Below, piece by piece: positions 14,801-27,901 of a DNA stretch of 64,000 nt. The DNA comes from Trichoplax adhaerens (lineage: Eukaryota; Animalia; Placozoa): the NCBI RefSeq assembly GCF_000150275.1, contig NW_002060962.1:799205-863204 (forward strand), in the 5' to 3' direction. Every line of letters begins with the position of its first letter. Within the stretch, counting starts at the first letter, position 1. The notes beneath the pieces were generated by a model. That model was given only the letters and a program-made list of their open reading frames with translations. It searched no databases and had not been told where the DNA came from. The position numbers and the translations under genes were made by a program.

Positions 14801-15354
14801 CAATAATATATCAAATATAATGTTGTGATTGTCTTATAGTACAGTGAATAGATAAAAATCTGCACAGAAACAGAGATGAAATTATTGCTCTGATACGCAA
14901 TTAATTGAAAGTATCTGATTTCTTATATGATTAATAAAACAGATTTATGTAGATTTTGGTCGGTAGATTGTTTCTATTCAATTATAGAATACTTTATATT
15001 CAATTATGAGGGCAATATTTAAGTTTCTGCTACTGCAACAATGAAAATTACCAACAATATCTGAATTATCAGCAAATCATACGCGTTAATAATGATAGCT
15101 AAACATCTTCACGATGGAGTCTGATGCTAAATTTTACGATAAATGATTACATTTTTAGACACTTTGTCCAAGGGTATTCGATTAGCGGTAGAACGATATC
15201 TAAAAGCATATCGAAATTATTTTAATAGCGATATCCATATTATTAATAATCATTTACTATGGAGTAGATATTTATTAAATAGAAATAATTTTACCCTCAT
15301 CAATACTTCAATGCACATAACCATAGGATTTTCTATCCAAAAAGTAGTCGAATA

Positions 15355-15700
15355 TGGTATTAATTTCAGCTCTTTTTCATATCTTTTTTAAATTTACCTA
15401 TAGCAAGTTGTATATTATCTTATTATAGATAGCAGAAATAATAAAAATCAACATAATAATCACTCTAGACTGCATTAATGAGTTGGAAACTTCATGTACA
15501 GATCCGCCTATTCCGATAAAAATCTCGATTTGTTTGCATAAGTTTGTTATATTTATTTAAGCGATTATAGAGATAAGATTATTGGCTGGTTGCCGAGATA
15601 AACTCTTTCCAGTCTCGGGCTAATTACAGTCCGGTTGAATATTACTAAAGTTCAGCCAAACAATAGATTATTCTGGCTGGCAAGTTGTTGCAAATTCAAT
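15355..15700 (+). repeat. Dispersed repeat, copy 1 (homologous to 56305-56660)
   Basis: Colinear shared blocks tttcagctc.tttt, agatccgcctatt..ga.aaaaatctc, taagc.attat..agaga and tagattatt.tgg.t. Confidence 0.65.
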
Positions 15701-17830
15701 CTGTGATATAGCGTAATCTCTGCGAGTTTATAGTGCAAATAAATCGTCTGATGACTTTCTGCTAAAATTAATATTTGTGATGATATTTAATAAGCATGAT
15801 GCAATAGCGTTTCTAAATACGTATATCAGTATTATGGCCTCTGGTTATCGCATTTATATTTTTGAGATTATCTAGCTGATATCATTATTGACTGATAGTC
15901 TGGATGCAGTATTTATTTGAAGTTTTCTTTCTGATTACTAAGTGGCGAAGGAAACACGACACTTCAGAAATTCTTTTAGCTAACTAATTATTCATCATGA
16001 GAAAGTCTAAACACGGCTTTGAAGCATAAATTTAGTTAGAACGAAGCCGTGAACTGTTAGTAATTATTAGTCTGATTATGAGCCAGAAGTTTACTATTTG
16101 ATCATTTTAGTATAAACTTCTATACTTATGTAGTTCATCATTTAAAACTACTTAGGTGTATTTGATGAATTTATACTAATATTTAAAGGAAACTCTCGGG
16201 TCAATTAACGGTAAAAAATGCGACAAAATTTACTCTTTATAAAGTATTTGGCTGAACAAGCGTATCAGGCTTTTCTAACAAGACGGTTGCTCTTATTATA
16301 CTCAGTAGGCAGTTATATCACTTTGTATAAATTTCAGCCCATAATGCTTTGTTTGTAATTAAAAAAATTGCTTCGCTTATGCTAGCCGCCGTGTCAAACC
16401 TTGTACTACATTACGTTTATATCTGATTTTACGATTAACAACAAAGCAATCTTAAAAGCTGATATCTACAATTATTTTCGATTAGTTCTATACATTGACT
16501 TTATTAGCGATAAAGTAATTTAATGTTTATAAATATAAAATAGCGCATTGTAGTGTACGGGTTATTAGCCCTAGGTTCGTAATCCTTCAACTCTAAATTC
16601 TGAGTTGTTAAAATGGAGCAAATCCCTAATAGGACACAAAATAGTCAACACCGTATAATTGACTTATAACAGTTAAGTTTATTAACGTCCGTGCGTCGTC
16701 CGTCAGAGAAGAATTCCAATTTCTTCCCCTCATAATAACAGTCGAAAGTGGCTAAGATAAACCGGATAATAGACTTAGCCTCCACGATAACAACTCTATA
16801 CAACTTATACAAATTATCGTCAATTGCTCGTCTACAGTACATAGGAGTCATCAATCACATTAGTACATTGCTTAATAGCACTACTTAATATGGCAATCAA
16901 CTACGGCCTTATATAGGACATACTTTATTAAGACATACAGTTCTACACTACATGCTATCATTCCATTGCCTACACAAAACTACTGTAATTAGCTGAAATC
17001 ACTACACGCATATTGGAATATCCTAGAAAGGGTGCTGGTGTACCTACTCTAACAGGTCTTCCAGTTAATGTGGCTTTACCATAAGACGTGTGTGGCAAGT
17101 CACGGGAGGCACGCACCTAGAGGATAAACTTGTAGTTTATAACTAACTTATTATTACTAAGATTCGGTATTTATAGTTTTGGGTTCTAACATTATACATA
17201 ATAATTACATTTTTATTTATACTTCACAATTAAGTATCGGTTCTCTCTTACATACATATTTACACTCAATTCCTACTGTGAACATATGTGAATTTCTACT
17301 TTAGTTGTTAGGTTGATGAAAAAGACTGTCCAAAAGCTTTTCTGTTGGATTGAGTGCGATAAGATTACTTTAGCATACAGTGAAGTAGATTCTTTACAGT
17401 AATGGATAAGTCGAATTTCTCGCAATATTGAATTCCTAATCTTGGAATAGTCCATTATCTCAGATATTAAAGGATAAGATAAGAAGTCGCCTCTGATGCT
17501 GTGTTATACAACCAATTGTGAATAAACGATGTTATTTCCTTATGACTGATTGATTGTTCGTTTATTTCGTAATATAATATCATACATACCAGTAATTAAG
17601 TTCGTATAGTATGTAATCAAGATTACAGTAATTTTCTTGTCATCAAATCTACTGCATAGAAATGTCAGGAGCTTCATTCATTCTAAAATTATTCCGTTAT
17701 CGTTGTGTAACATACAATGTTGATTTTATAATGCATCCATGCTTTATAAAAGTCGATTACGCAATATGAATACTGTACAATACTGTTCACAGCATGTAAA
17801 TGTTAGTACTACCATTCAATAATATATCTC

Positions 17831-20800
17831 TTATGGCATCATTGCATCTTCTGGTATCTCAAGGTCTCGACACTTTGAATTTGTTATTTCACGGCGAATT
17901 TCACTTGATATCTAATTACAATTTTATATTAGTTTTTAAAATTTGCTAGTTACCTAGCATTATCAATGGGTTATAGCAGCATACCTGATTATGCTTTTGC
18001 ACTTCACAAATATCTAATAATGCAGTCTTTTGATCGCTAGAAATATCTTCTTTATATCTTCAGCCGTTGCAAGAATAAAAACATAGTAATAGATTAATAA
18101 CTGTTGCATAATATAATGATCGTTTAGCTAAGTAATGGCCTATAACTATAAGGCTGTACGGCGTTTGATATACAGTACCTTTGCACGAATGTTAGGAAGC
18201 ACTGGTGCCATAATACTGGCAGCCGTCTTTTCTCTGACCTAAATCTGCAGGAAATAATTTTAAGTAATTACCAAGTCGTCCATTGGGGATAATGAAACAT
18301 TTTAACAGGCTTACCTTAGGAAATGGAATACTAAAGCATCGATAACTTTATATGGCATGGTATAGCCTTTATCAAGTAAAATTCTGATAAAAATACTATT
18401 TGCACCTATATAAAATTCGGAAGAATGATTTATTATTTTTAGCTAATGTCCAAACTTTGATAACCGGTAGGATAATATAGACTGACAAGAGAAGATGTAG
18501 TTTCTCATACATCAAATACCTGTGTATTCCAATTCTGTGAGTTTTAAAATAGCAGCACATGCATGAAGTGAAGTAATACTCGTTTTATTTAAAATACTTC
18601 CAATAATGACAGCTTCACGTAATGAGCAATTTCTAGCCTAAAAATATTTTATTTTTGAAAGTTAATTTCATTTCCTAATTTTATAGATGGCTAATATGTT
18701 AAATTCAAAGGTTAACATTTGTAATTATACGAACCTCACATAACGGAAGTAAAATACCCTTGAAAAACGCCGATGGTTTAAATAGTGCCTTTTTAAGAGC
18801 CTGAAAATAGTGATCTGGTTTAATTTGCTGACATAAATTTAAGAGCAAATCTGAATTTCAATGGAGCAGAAAGTAGTCACGATGATAATATACTAACCAT
18901 GTATAGATGGTAGTTTAAACGTTTATACTCAGCAATATCATCGCGAACTCTCGGTAGTAGTACCAGATTATAGAATCGTTGGACTTTTCTTGCTGTAAGA
19001 TTTGAAGACAAGATTCGAGTCGCTTCGTACATTGCCGCTGCGGTCCAATTTTCAGGCTCGGTAATGCAAACCAGCTACAAGAAGAATTTTAACCATTTAG
19101 ATGTTTACCCAATAGTACAGTAGTAGAATGATAGACATACCAGAAAATGTTGTAACCTTTTTACACTCATTGACGACTGGAATAAAGGTACATAAATGAA
19201 ACAATGACCAATATAATCTTGCTTACCTCTTCCCAGTTTGGAACACAGGCTAAATAATTGAATGGCTTAGGCAAACGTCCAGATCTAAACTTGCTTAGCA
19301 GTTCTCCAACTCTACATTCACAGGTCGTTTAAATTTGACGAGATTAACTTATTGTATTGGAATATTTAGTACAATTCGATCAAATGCTGGTATATTTTTT
19401 CTGTTTTTAGTAGTCGAACATCAAAAGCGTTTAATCGAATAAATTTTAACTCTTACTTTCTGAAGTACATGACTAATTTCTGATCTAGTGGTGCATGCCT
19501 TGTTATTGATCCACTATCTGTCAAAATAGCATGATAAAAACCAATTCCATTAAAAAAGATCTACTTTCTGTACATAAATTTACGTCTGAAATTCTTTCGA
19601 AGAGGTATTTCTATGTTTATTGTTTTCATCAACAACCTGACATTTGGCTTTGGAATTCGATATGTTTTTCGTTAATCTTTTCCTTGATAAAATCACCTAA
19701 AGTCATTCTTTTATCAGGCTCTACTGACATAAATAATTGCAATGCCTTTTCATCCTCCTTGTCTAGTTTCTAAATGTCAAATACATCGTAAGTTATGAAT
19801 CTGTAATCCTGCAAAATCGCCCGATTGACCAAAGATTAATTTGTATATGGTAAAGCGATAACACAGTATAGTACTTACGATCGCTCCGGTTAGGTCTGCC
19901 TCGGAAATTTCTACATCTGATCCTTCGTCGCTATTAGCTTCACCATCAGCTTCACTATCATTGTCGAAATGGTCTCCTAGACTAGTAGTGGGTTGAGGAC
20001 GTTTCTTAATTCGTTTTCTTTGTGCAGGGTGAACATCATCTAATCCCTCCTCGATTTCATCTTGTTGTTCCCTGGCTTGCTGGAGAATTTTGCCAGATAG
20101 TCTTTCTGTAACATACTTTTATTTTAATGATTACAAGTTAGAAAATTGGGGATACTGTGCGTGAGCATTGTCAAAGTAGTAACAACGGTTTGTAAATTGA
20201 AATAGAAATATGTACATGTATTGTAAATTTAAAATTGCGTAGTTAATTGTTAAATAAATGAATTTAGAATCGTGAAATAGGTGAAGTTGGCATTTACGTA
20301 ATTTATTGTGCAAAGTAAAGCGGATTTTATGATATGGAATATAGAGGTCGGTTTCAGTTAAGAGCACTATGAGACTCCTATGATAAACGCATAGCACTGT
20401 ACCTCTTCTACGGTACAACATAGCTCTTCATAGTTATGATGAAGTAACAACATTGCTCTTCATAGTTATGATAAAGTAACCAGAATTGGGGGTAAGTTTG
20501 TCATAAAGTCGTTTTAATAGGCGTTGAAGGTTTAACTATCAGATACTATGTGTGAGGCAAATTAGAGTCATAGAGTAATTCATTTTTTTTCTTCTGATGA
20601 ACTACTTGGCAAAGTTGTAGCTTCATTTTATGCTGTTGATGAACCCAGAATACAATTACATGTTGAGTAAGAACTGTCCTATTGAAAGTTCTAGCCTTGA
20701 GGTAATATGAGCTATCTTTCTTTTGTTAGAAATTGAGGCAGAATTGTTCCATCATGACAAAATACAAATAGCAGGCAGTACTTCGTCGACAATAAAAAGT

Positions 20801-21940
20801 GCAACCAAAAGTTAACAGTGTTACCCGTCTATTGGGAATCTTGGATCAGGTGTCCATTCTGACTAGGGTAAGCCTTTGTAACAAACATTTATTGAAGGTA
20901 ATGCAGGAATACTTCATATCCATACACTGATCGTCAGCATGAACAGTAATGATGGATAAATATGAACTAGATAGCACTGTAGTCTGTTGTCATACACTAC
21001 TAGTGACAAAGTAGTCTGCACACGCTAATGCTTATGAAGAACGCCTCTTACTGACTTAAAGAGGCAAGATTCGTTATATCACCAAATAATTCAGTTCCAA
21101 CGACCGAATACTATAGTATAATGTAGACGAGGTAGTCCGAGATTGATTACTATTTATTACTGAAGAAATCTTGACAACCAAGATTATAGTCTGGACAATT
21201 TAATAGCAATTGACAAACTAGTTGGCTAACTAACCGACTAACTAACTAAAAAGTGGTCTTAATCATTAGAACGAGCTTACGCATCGTAACATCTGTTGAC
21301 TCCGCTACAACGCTACCTAGTGTTAGTTTTCAGCATCTTATAAGGACAGGGGAATGGATGGCTTGCAAGGGAATGATGGAAATAATTGATCAATTGTATC
21401 CAAAATTGTAGTGAATACAAGTGAAAAATTTCATACCTAGGCAGTTGTAATCCTATTGCAATTGCACGCTAATTCATAGAAGATTATGTTATCATTACTG
21501 TTTGTAAGTGGAACCTAGTTGTGATTTGGAGGTCATTCGTCTATATTGTAGAGCACGAATGAGCTGGAGGAATTATCGATCAAGAGCATTTTATAAGTAT
21601 TCAACAGCGAGCTGTTTCATTCTCGTTGCGATCCATGAAGCATTACAGCGAGTTAATTGATTCTAGTTGGCATCCATCCATAGAAAGTTCAACTAGTATG
21701 CAATCTTATACATCTCATGAATACTGAACTAATCTCAAAGTGATATAGATACAATGATCTACTGGTAGGGTAAGAAAGTAAGTCTAAATTGTTACCATCC
21801 ATTGCGCATTGATTGAAGCTTACCGGATCAGTTTTTTCGACACGTTTTCGCCTCTTATTTCTGCCGCTTGGTTTGGCATGCACATCACCAATAATATCAT
21901 CGGCAAGCCCTCGATTTCTTTGCTCTTTCTTGTCACTCAT
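17831..21940 (-). CDS. BYSL: Bystin (Enp1 homolog, 40S ribosome biogenesis), 12 exons, ~434 aa
   Basis: Exons 21940-21824, 20115-19879, 19769-19637, 19517-19457, 19311-19227, 19074-18898, 18800-18735, 18637-18520, 18405-18315, 18244-18179, 18057-17985, 17911-17831; all GT-AG and in frame (1305 nt). Hallmarks: [94 protein letters not shown]. Confidence 0.97.
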
Positions 21941-22139
21941 CTCTTAATCGATGTGTCAATTCGAGTTTAATGATTTTCAGCTGCTGCAATAACTTGGCAA
22001 AAGATCGAAAATGCTCTTGTAGACGTTGTCATTTATTGGTTGGATCTCCTGCTCCCTTTGAGCTGTTGATGGCTTGTAGGTTGAGTATGGGCTGTAGTAG
22101 ACTAGTCAAAACTAGTTCCGAATAGGTAGCACATGTGAG

Positions 22140-23235
22140 CACCTGAAGGTGACATTAATTTTGCAAGCTACATCTCGCTGACATAGGATACTGGTCGCAT
22201 GTACAATGCAGTATTGCAATGAGAATAGGATTAAACTGAATGAAGACTCATGATAGGGTACAATAATAATATCAGCGCCTGTCTCTTCAGTACCATACAG
22301 AACAGTAGTGAATAAAAGTCGGCAGCAGATGCACCTCTGCGAGCACATTATGGTGACATCCATTTTGCCAGCTACCTTGCTTGCTTCTCCTCCTATAGGA
22401 AACAGTACTGCAGCAAGGGTAGAGTTAAGCGTAATGAATTAACCTATCATCCAGTATCAACGTCAGCGACTGTCAATTGGACTTATCCATACCAGACTTG
22501 AAGATGCACGACAGTGCAGTGTAATATATTCAGTGTGAGCAAAAATAATGTCACTATTCCATACTCTTCCATGACAGTCGTACAGTTTGGGAGAACGTCG
22601 TTTACGAGTCACCTTGATCATGATGATATTTCGTCGCAAAATATCAACCACGTCATGGTGACATCCATTTTGCTTGCCATCTGTGTTGCTTTTACTACTA
22701 TACGATACAGTTCTACAGTATATCAAGACTAGGATTACCTGAAATGAATTAACTTTTAAAGAAGATATATTTCAACGTTGTCCATTCAACTGATCCATAC
22801 TACAGTAGATTTGACTATGCACTTGGGCATAGTCATCGTCATATTTCGTCGCAATATATCAACTACGTCATGGTGACTTCGATTTTGCCAGCCATCTCTG
22901 TTTGCTTTTACTACGATACGATACATTACTGCTTCAAGACTAGGATTACCTGCAATGAATTAACCTTTAAGGAAGATATCGTACAATATCAACGTTGTCC
23001 ATTTAACTGATCCATACTGCTGTACAGTACAGTAGATTTGATTATGCACTTCGGCATACTGTAGTCATCGCGTATTTCGTCGTAATATATCAAGCAAGTG
23101 ATGGTGACATCAATTTTGCCAGCCATCTCTCTTGCTTTTACTACCGTATGACATAGTATTACAGTACTGTACATCAAGACTAGGATTGCCTGCAATGAAG
23201 GAAGATATCATTCAGAGTATCTACGTCAGCGTCTG
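22140..23235. repeat. Tandem repeat, ~200-300-bp unit, ~5 copies, in the divergent BYSL/FAM167-like intergenic region
   Basis: ggtgacat..attttgc core at ~22148, 22352, 22658, 22873 and 23103; caagactaggatt.cctg.aatgaa at ~22724, 22936 and 23175. Confidence 0.85.
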
Positions 23236-23251
23236 TCCAATGTCCCGCTGA

Positions 23252-23485
23252 CTGTACTTGGCTGCTTTCTACTACTAAAATGCTTTCCATAAAATCGCAT
23301 CGAGTAGTCCCTGGCCTTTTTCCCTTCAAATATGCAGCCATGACTACAGCAGTAGAGTTGTACTTGGCTGCTTTCTACTACTATAATGCATCGCATAAAA
23401 TCGCATCGAGTAGTCCCTGGCCTTTTTCCCTTCAAATATGTAGCCATGACTACAGTCGTAGAGTTGAACTTGGCTACTTTCTACT
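23252..23485. repeat. Near-identical tandem duplication, ~107-bp unit, ~2.3 copies
   Basis: tgtacttggctgctttctactacta...cataaaatcgcatcgagtagtccctggcctttt.cccttcaaatatg.agccatgactacag is repeated. Confidence 0.9.
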
Positions 23486-23671
23486 GTATTGTGCAGTACT
23501 GTACAGTAATACTGTAGGCTTCTACAGTACTATATACTGTAGTCGACTTTACGTCATGACAAGCAGTCGAGACAGACTGGTGCAATAAAATCGACAGATT
23601 CGGCGAAAGAAAATAAATATTCAAGTTATACAATCATCCACAGTCTGTTTTTTATTGCCAACATTCAAGAA

Positions 23672-25521
23672 ATGCATAAATCCACCGTTGATCCCGGCAA
23701 ATTAAGCTTTGATGAAAGGAAAAGAAATATTGATGACGCTATTAAATGGTTGTGTAGCGAATTTGTAAGTCGTCTAATACTGATCGTTACAATAATAAAC
23801 ACAAGTGTGCAGTAAGCGAGAAGGAAAATTTTTTAATGAATAGGAATAATTGAGCCAAGCTTATTTGCCCTAGTGTCTATATCGATAGACAGTAGGTTAA
23901 ACTAGAGTTTATCATGTCAGCCATCACTTATTTTAAACGGCTTATTGTACCCTGTACGCTGGTACTTTTGCAATTTCTCTTCACCTTATCATAACAACAG
24001 GATATTTTATTTGACTGTAGCACTCTAGTAGTGTACTGTACAGTAAAGTAATGTCTCGCAATTATGAATTATCGTACACTATATTAATAACGATATCAAA
24101 CCTGGTACTGATGACATCCCTTTACTTTTATGATCAATCCATTGACTATGTTCCAACTATACTGTAGATCATAACGAAATCTGTTTTACTGTCAATCCAA
24201 TTCTATTCGTTAATTAAAGACTTTTATATTACAACGATAACTTCCGTGTAGTATGACTTTGGAAAGACAATTCATACGGTACAATACAGTACAGTAATAA
24301 CCCAATCAACAATAAACAAAATGTCTCACCAAATTCAACAGTACTATTCATAATTGACGATGATGGTAAAATGGTAAACCTAGATGAACTACAGCAATAA
24401 TTGACGAATATTTACTGATGGATAAGATATACTATTCAATTAAATTACACGCCAATTAAATAAGCTAACTATTCACGTTGATACTCGTTGACACTTGGTT
24501 CCATTGATTAAAATAGGAGTGCAGTAATTTATTTACGTGTAATCGAAGAGTATGGTGCTAATGTTAGCTAATATGCTCGTATCAAAGTATTCGCATATCC
24601 ACCCCTATCTTGCTACCTGAACTAATTTTCAAATTTCTTATTGCTCGTTAATAATAATGATGTATTAACATTGCGATACTGAAACGGAGCAAATTTCGCT
24701 ACTTTAGAGAGCTTGCCGATTACTTGAAAATGCAAATCGTTGCAGTTTGAATGACACTAGCACTCTTAGTAATAACAAGATTGTGTGTGAGTGTGCATGT
24801 TACAGTACATACGTACTCTGATATGCGAGTACATAAATTAAAAATTAGTAAAAGTACGAGTAAGGTCCATGAGGAACTCGAAATCTTAAATACGCCCGGG
24901 TGCACTAGTTATTATAGAAAATACTGTAGATATGAAATAAAAATTTCACAATACTATTGATTGTATTTCTGATTCATCTACTGGTCAAGATAATAGCAGA
25001 TAAGTAAAAATTCCTAATTTTACGAGATCCTAGGTATTAAGTATATGTATGATATAAACGCTTATAAAGTCCATTTTAGTTGACCTGTATTTTTACAATT
25101 TCATTTGTAACATCAATCTACTGTAGTAGACTTTATGTCAGACACGCAATTACTCAGCATTGAAGTAGATAACACTTCTAACCAACAGTAGAGCAGACGG
25201 TAGATTATGATCTGCTGAGACATCTGGTAACTAATTTTGAGAATATCATTGACGTTTAAGCTTAATTTGATGTTATCTGTCTAGGAATCATTATCGAAAC
25301 AAAGCAGAGATTTAAAGATACAATTTACTAGTTTACAAGCCGATATTGAATGTGAAAAAAAAATTCAACGTAAAGAAAACCGGCAACAACTTACCAAAAC
25401 AGTCTATGAACCATTTAAGGAAGTTGATCTCGATAGTAGGGCAAATAAAGGAAGCAAGTTAACAAGCCCTTCTGGTACTATAAGACGTCAACTAAAGTCA
25501 CGTAGCGTTCTATATAATTGA
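23672..25521 (+). CDS. FAM167-like small coiled-coil protein, 2 exons, ~109 aa
   Basis: Exon 23672-23764 (MHKSTVDPGKLSFDERKRNIDDAIKWLCSEF|gtaagt) and exon 25285-25521 (tag|ESLSKQSRDLKIQFTSLQADIECEKK...SRSVLYN*). The joined sequence resembles the FAM167 core [33 protein letters not shown] as recalled. Confidence 0.7.
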
Positions 25522-27901
25522 GTTCAGTAGAACTATTGACAGTCAACTGAATTTATTCCAAATTTGGTGTCCTGATGATTTATTTATAACTGTATTATGA
25601 GCTAATGCCTGAAATATGAAATATGTTAAAAAATAGATGTAACGGTTAATGACACTATGTAGGTATCTCTTATACGAAAGAGGAGATAGCTTCAGTCTTT
25701 TGCTTCCAACACTTACTAAAAATCTCATTACACTTGGATATGGCTTTAAAATTCTAAATTGAAGTAGCCAACGGTACCGAAGTAACTTGTTTAGTGTGGA
25801 ATTTTTACTTTTTGTAGAGGAAGCCATTTTTCGCTCTCAAAATTTTATATCAAAAGTAATTACATTGTTGATAGAAACTGATTACATTATACGTATATTA
25901 ATTATTTGGGCTTAAATTAAATTCTACTTTGATCGTAATTATACTGATGCTTACATAATCGTAAGTAGTTTTTGAATCCCTCAATATATTGCGTCCTGGT
26001 CGAAAGTCCTTGAATTAATTGGGATCAACACAGATACGTGTGGACGTCCAATACACATGGGTGCATCATGCAGGTAGCGGTTTGCAGAGTGCGTTTTGCA
26101 TTTTTGCTCAAAATGAAAACTTTATGCTTTATAAAGTACGGTTTAAAAAATGAAAATATGTTTGTTAAACAAAGCTATCGATTTTGAATATTTCTTTCAA
26201 CTTTATCAATTTATCTGAATTATAACCTGTAAGGATAATGCATTATAATTATAATAAGTGTACATTTTTTGGAAACTCACGTTGTATCAAAAAAAGTGTT
26301 AAAATGGATGTGTATAAATTTTATACAGTTATAGCTTTAAAGGTCATAAACTATATTTTTTTATTTTAAATGATGCAACAATGCTGTGATATAAATAATT
26401 TGTAAAGGGATATAATTTGAGTATTGTAATTTGCTAGGCATAGCATTCTATGTAAATACTTGGTATATGTCACTAATCATAATTATTATTGTGCTTTACT
26501 AACCACAAAACTCCTATACTGCTATTTATACTACACTAGTAAAAATAAATTTGAAACATTTTCAGCTTTTTATATGCAATAAAATTGGTTACTTGTACTC
26601 GCGATATATATATTGAATAGTGAATAGCTTTTGAAAGGCGCAGATTATAGTAAGCATAACTTTTACTGTACCTTAATTGTTCACAGTCTGATCTAATTTT
26701 AATTTTACAACTGTGTGATAATAATAATGGTGAGGCATAACTATTACTGTGAAATTGAAAAAGGTCATCAAAGGTTTGGATGATAATGAAGGCAACAAAT
26801 GAAGTTAATGAAGTCCTTAACTTAATCCTCATTATTGCTTGGCGTCATGCTGCTTCAGAACTCAGCAGGGAGTATAAAAATTGGACGTAGAATATTTATT
26901 TGACATTTGCCTACTGCTTTAAAATGTTTTTTCTTGATTATAACTATCTCGCATGTTGCTCAATTAAGGGATCTATTATCATCAGAGATAAAATATCACA
27001 CTTAAAATATACAAACATTAACAGACCATAAAGAAATAAAGTAAAAAATCGCATTGTCTGCATGATTACTTTGTACTTTGTTATATTTGTAAGCACGCAA
27101 ACGGTATGCTATGGCGAATATACGACTATCACCGATAGCAAAAATATGAGTAGAAAGAATAACTGTATTTCTCTTTATGCCGAAAAGTGATCATTTCAAG
27201 TTCAGAATTTAATTTATTATATTGAAATGAGATATGCATTGCCCTAAATGCGTTTCTACGGTGTGCAGACATTTCTAGATAATGTATAAAAATATAAGAC
27301 TCCTTTGCATATCATATGCAATAGTAGATTATCGTATTGCAGTTAACCTTGATGAGATATTTGCCTTCGTATTTTAAATACATGTATTGAAACTCAGGGT
27401 ATGATACCATGAAGAAAGAAAATTTTCGTAAAAGAAGGTTAAATTACGTTATCATTAATTTGTTTTATGACACTGTAACTTGCAACATTGAACAATACAA
27501 ATAAATTTCGATAAATTGGCATGATCAGTTTCTGATACAAGAACAATTGGACGCATAATTAATAATTATCTCACGTAGTATAAAAAAATTTTATCCTATA
27601 AATAGGCACTTTACGGTATATTGATAACTGCTTCAACTTCCATCGACTTATCAAATCCTCCGTCATGCTACTACAAAGTGCGGATGAGTTTAGAATATGT
27701 AACTCTACCAGTTAGCAGGAATATTTCCTGTATTAAAATTATATGTGAACGATAGGCTAATCCAGTATTGGTAAAGGATTCCATTTATCTAAGTAAATTT
27801 ACTACTTTTAGTTATCAAACTGTAGATGACGTATAAAATCTTAACTGTAATCATGCAGTATTTTTTCAATTTATCGGAGGTATTGTAATCAAAATGCAGT
27901 A

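Noticed and set aside
16542-16586. tRNA-like A-box/B-box fragments (tagtgtacggg...ggttcgtaatcc)
   Set aside because: Too short, no cloverleaf can be folded and the B-box is imperfect.
24720-26832. Short ORFs such as 24751-24960, 25543-25827 and 26536-26832
   Set aside because: No recognisable homology or supporting splice structure; composition is typical of random AT-rich DNA.
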